Source: an uncultured Alphaproteobacteria bacterium
Lineage (GTDB): Bacteria > Pseudomonadota > Alphaproteobacteria > Rhodospirillales > Rhodospirillaceae
Length of the DNA stretch: 64,000 nucleotides
NCBI GenBank assembly: GCA_902575965.1
Contig: CACGTM010000003.1
Span: forward strand, 20,660-84,659
Reading direction: 5' to 3'
Positions 63,463 through 64,000 of the stretch are shown piece after piece. The notes beneath the pieces are model-generated. The model saw only the letters and a list, made by a program, of their open reading frames with translations, searched no databases and had not been told where the DNA came from. The position numbers and the translations under genes are program-made. Numbering within the stretch: the first letter of the stretch is position 1; each line of letters opens with the position of its first letter.

Positions 63463-64000
63463 ATGAAAAACATACTTATATTTTTATTTACTATTATAGC
63501 ATCTTCTAGTTTGTATTCTCAGGAGGTAAGTCTTAATCCTGGAGCTATTTTTTCTGAATGCGAGCATTGTCCTGAGATGGTAGTTGTACCTCCTGGTAAA
63601 TTTACAATGGGTTATGATGGAGGCGTGAATGAAGAAAGGTATGAGGGTCCTCCTCATGAAGTGCAGATATCTTATACATTTGCTATTGGAAAATATGAAA
63701 TTACAAATTCACAATTCAAAAAATTTATAGACTCGACAAACTACAAGCCCGGAACAAACTGTAGAATGTGGACAGGAAAAACTGTGGAGTTGGTTAAAGG
63801 GCTTGATTGGAGAAACCCAGGTTACGGTAAGCCGATAGATGATAATGAACCAGTTGCGTGCGTTTCTTGGTATGACGCAAAAGCATATGTTGAATGGCTA
63901 AGTGATTTTTCAGGAAAAAGTTACAGACTTCCATCTGAAGCGGAATGGGAATATGTTGCTCGAGGTGGCACTGATACTCTATGGGCTTGGGGAAATGATC
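63463..64000 (+). CDS. Second secreted FGE/SUMF1-domain paralog; 5' part only, runs off the window edge
   Basis: It is missing from the ORF track because there is no stop in the window. My translation is MKNILIFLFTIIASSSLYSQEVSLNPGAIFSECEHCPEMVVVPPGKFTMGYDGG...YRLPSEAEWEYVARGGTDTLWAWGND, collinear with the preceding gene. Confidence 0.8.
   Translation, partial: MKNILIFLFTIIASSSLYSQEVSLNPGAIFSECEHCPEMVVVPPGKFTMGYDGGVNEERYEGPPHEVQISYTFAIGKYEITNSQFKKFIDSTNYKPGTNCRMWTGKTVELVKGLDWRNPGYGKPIDDNEPVACVSWYDAKAYVEWLSDFSGKSYRLPSEAEWEYVARGGTDTLWAWGND

Noticed and set aside
1-64000. I looked for CRISPR arrays, IS elements or transposases, integrons, prophage structural genes, retron/DGR reverse transcriptases and toxin-antitoxin pairs.
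   Set aside because: I saw no regularly spaced short repeats. No ORF has DDE-transposase, tyrosine/serine-recombinase or RT motifs. No small two-gene cassette has recognisable toxin folds. The only mobile signature is the tRNA-Arg att duplication.

Overview
This is an AT-rich chromosomal segment; my hand counts of 60-nt samples of the background give roughly 25-37% GC. It most likely comes from a streamlined marine alphaproteobacterium. The taxon hints are an Irr-type Fur regulator with a perfect ICE box, a TauE/TIGR02186 gene pair, an IalB-like protein and a two-domain Csp.

Layout:
- **1-20 kb:** a surface-glycan island. It holds a complete nonulosonic-acid (legionaminic/neuraminic-type) pathway, a PglF-like dehydratase, a DegT aminotransferase, an MsbA-like exporter, a TPR-GT41 protein, an FkbM methyltransferase and a 2OG-oxygenase-like protein. 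purH sits inside it.
- **20-26 kb:** housekeeping genes (tRNA-Gly, thioredoxin-TPR, a LON-N-domain protein, Trm112, a UbiH-family hydroxylase, csp).
- **26.2-29.2 kb:** irr, a perfect ICE operator, then rubrerythrin, an HdrD/GlpC-like Fe-S protein and DUF3501.
- **29-46 kb:** metabolism and transport (pabBC, a binding-protein-less opp/dpp-like ABC operon fused to maleate-isomerase-like and FAH genes, pip, mscS, hsp20).
- **46.9-56.5 kb:** a ~9.6 kb integrase-less genomic island inserted in tRNA-Arg(CCT) and bounded by a 56-nt direct repeat. It carries a type I R-M operon (hsdM-hsdS-hsdS-hsdR) with two tandem full-length hsdS genes that share a 647-bp perfect direct repeat. The operon has a sharply GC-rich core embedded in AT-rich hsdM/hsdR ends. 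The island also has small secreted paralogs, a Cys-rich orphan and a YugP-like Zn peptidase.
- **56.6-64 kb:** a Sel1 protein, a second extended methyltransferase paralog, a serine hydrolase, a GST-like protein, an OYE/FadH-like reductase and two tandem secreted FGE-domain paralogs.

The most interesting part is the tRNA-Arg island and its mosaic, duplicated type I R-M specificity module. All calls come from reading the sequence and the translations; no database search was run.
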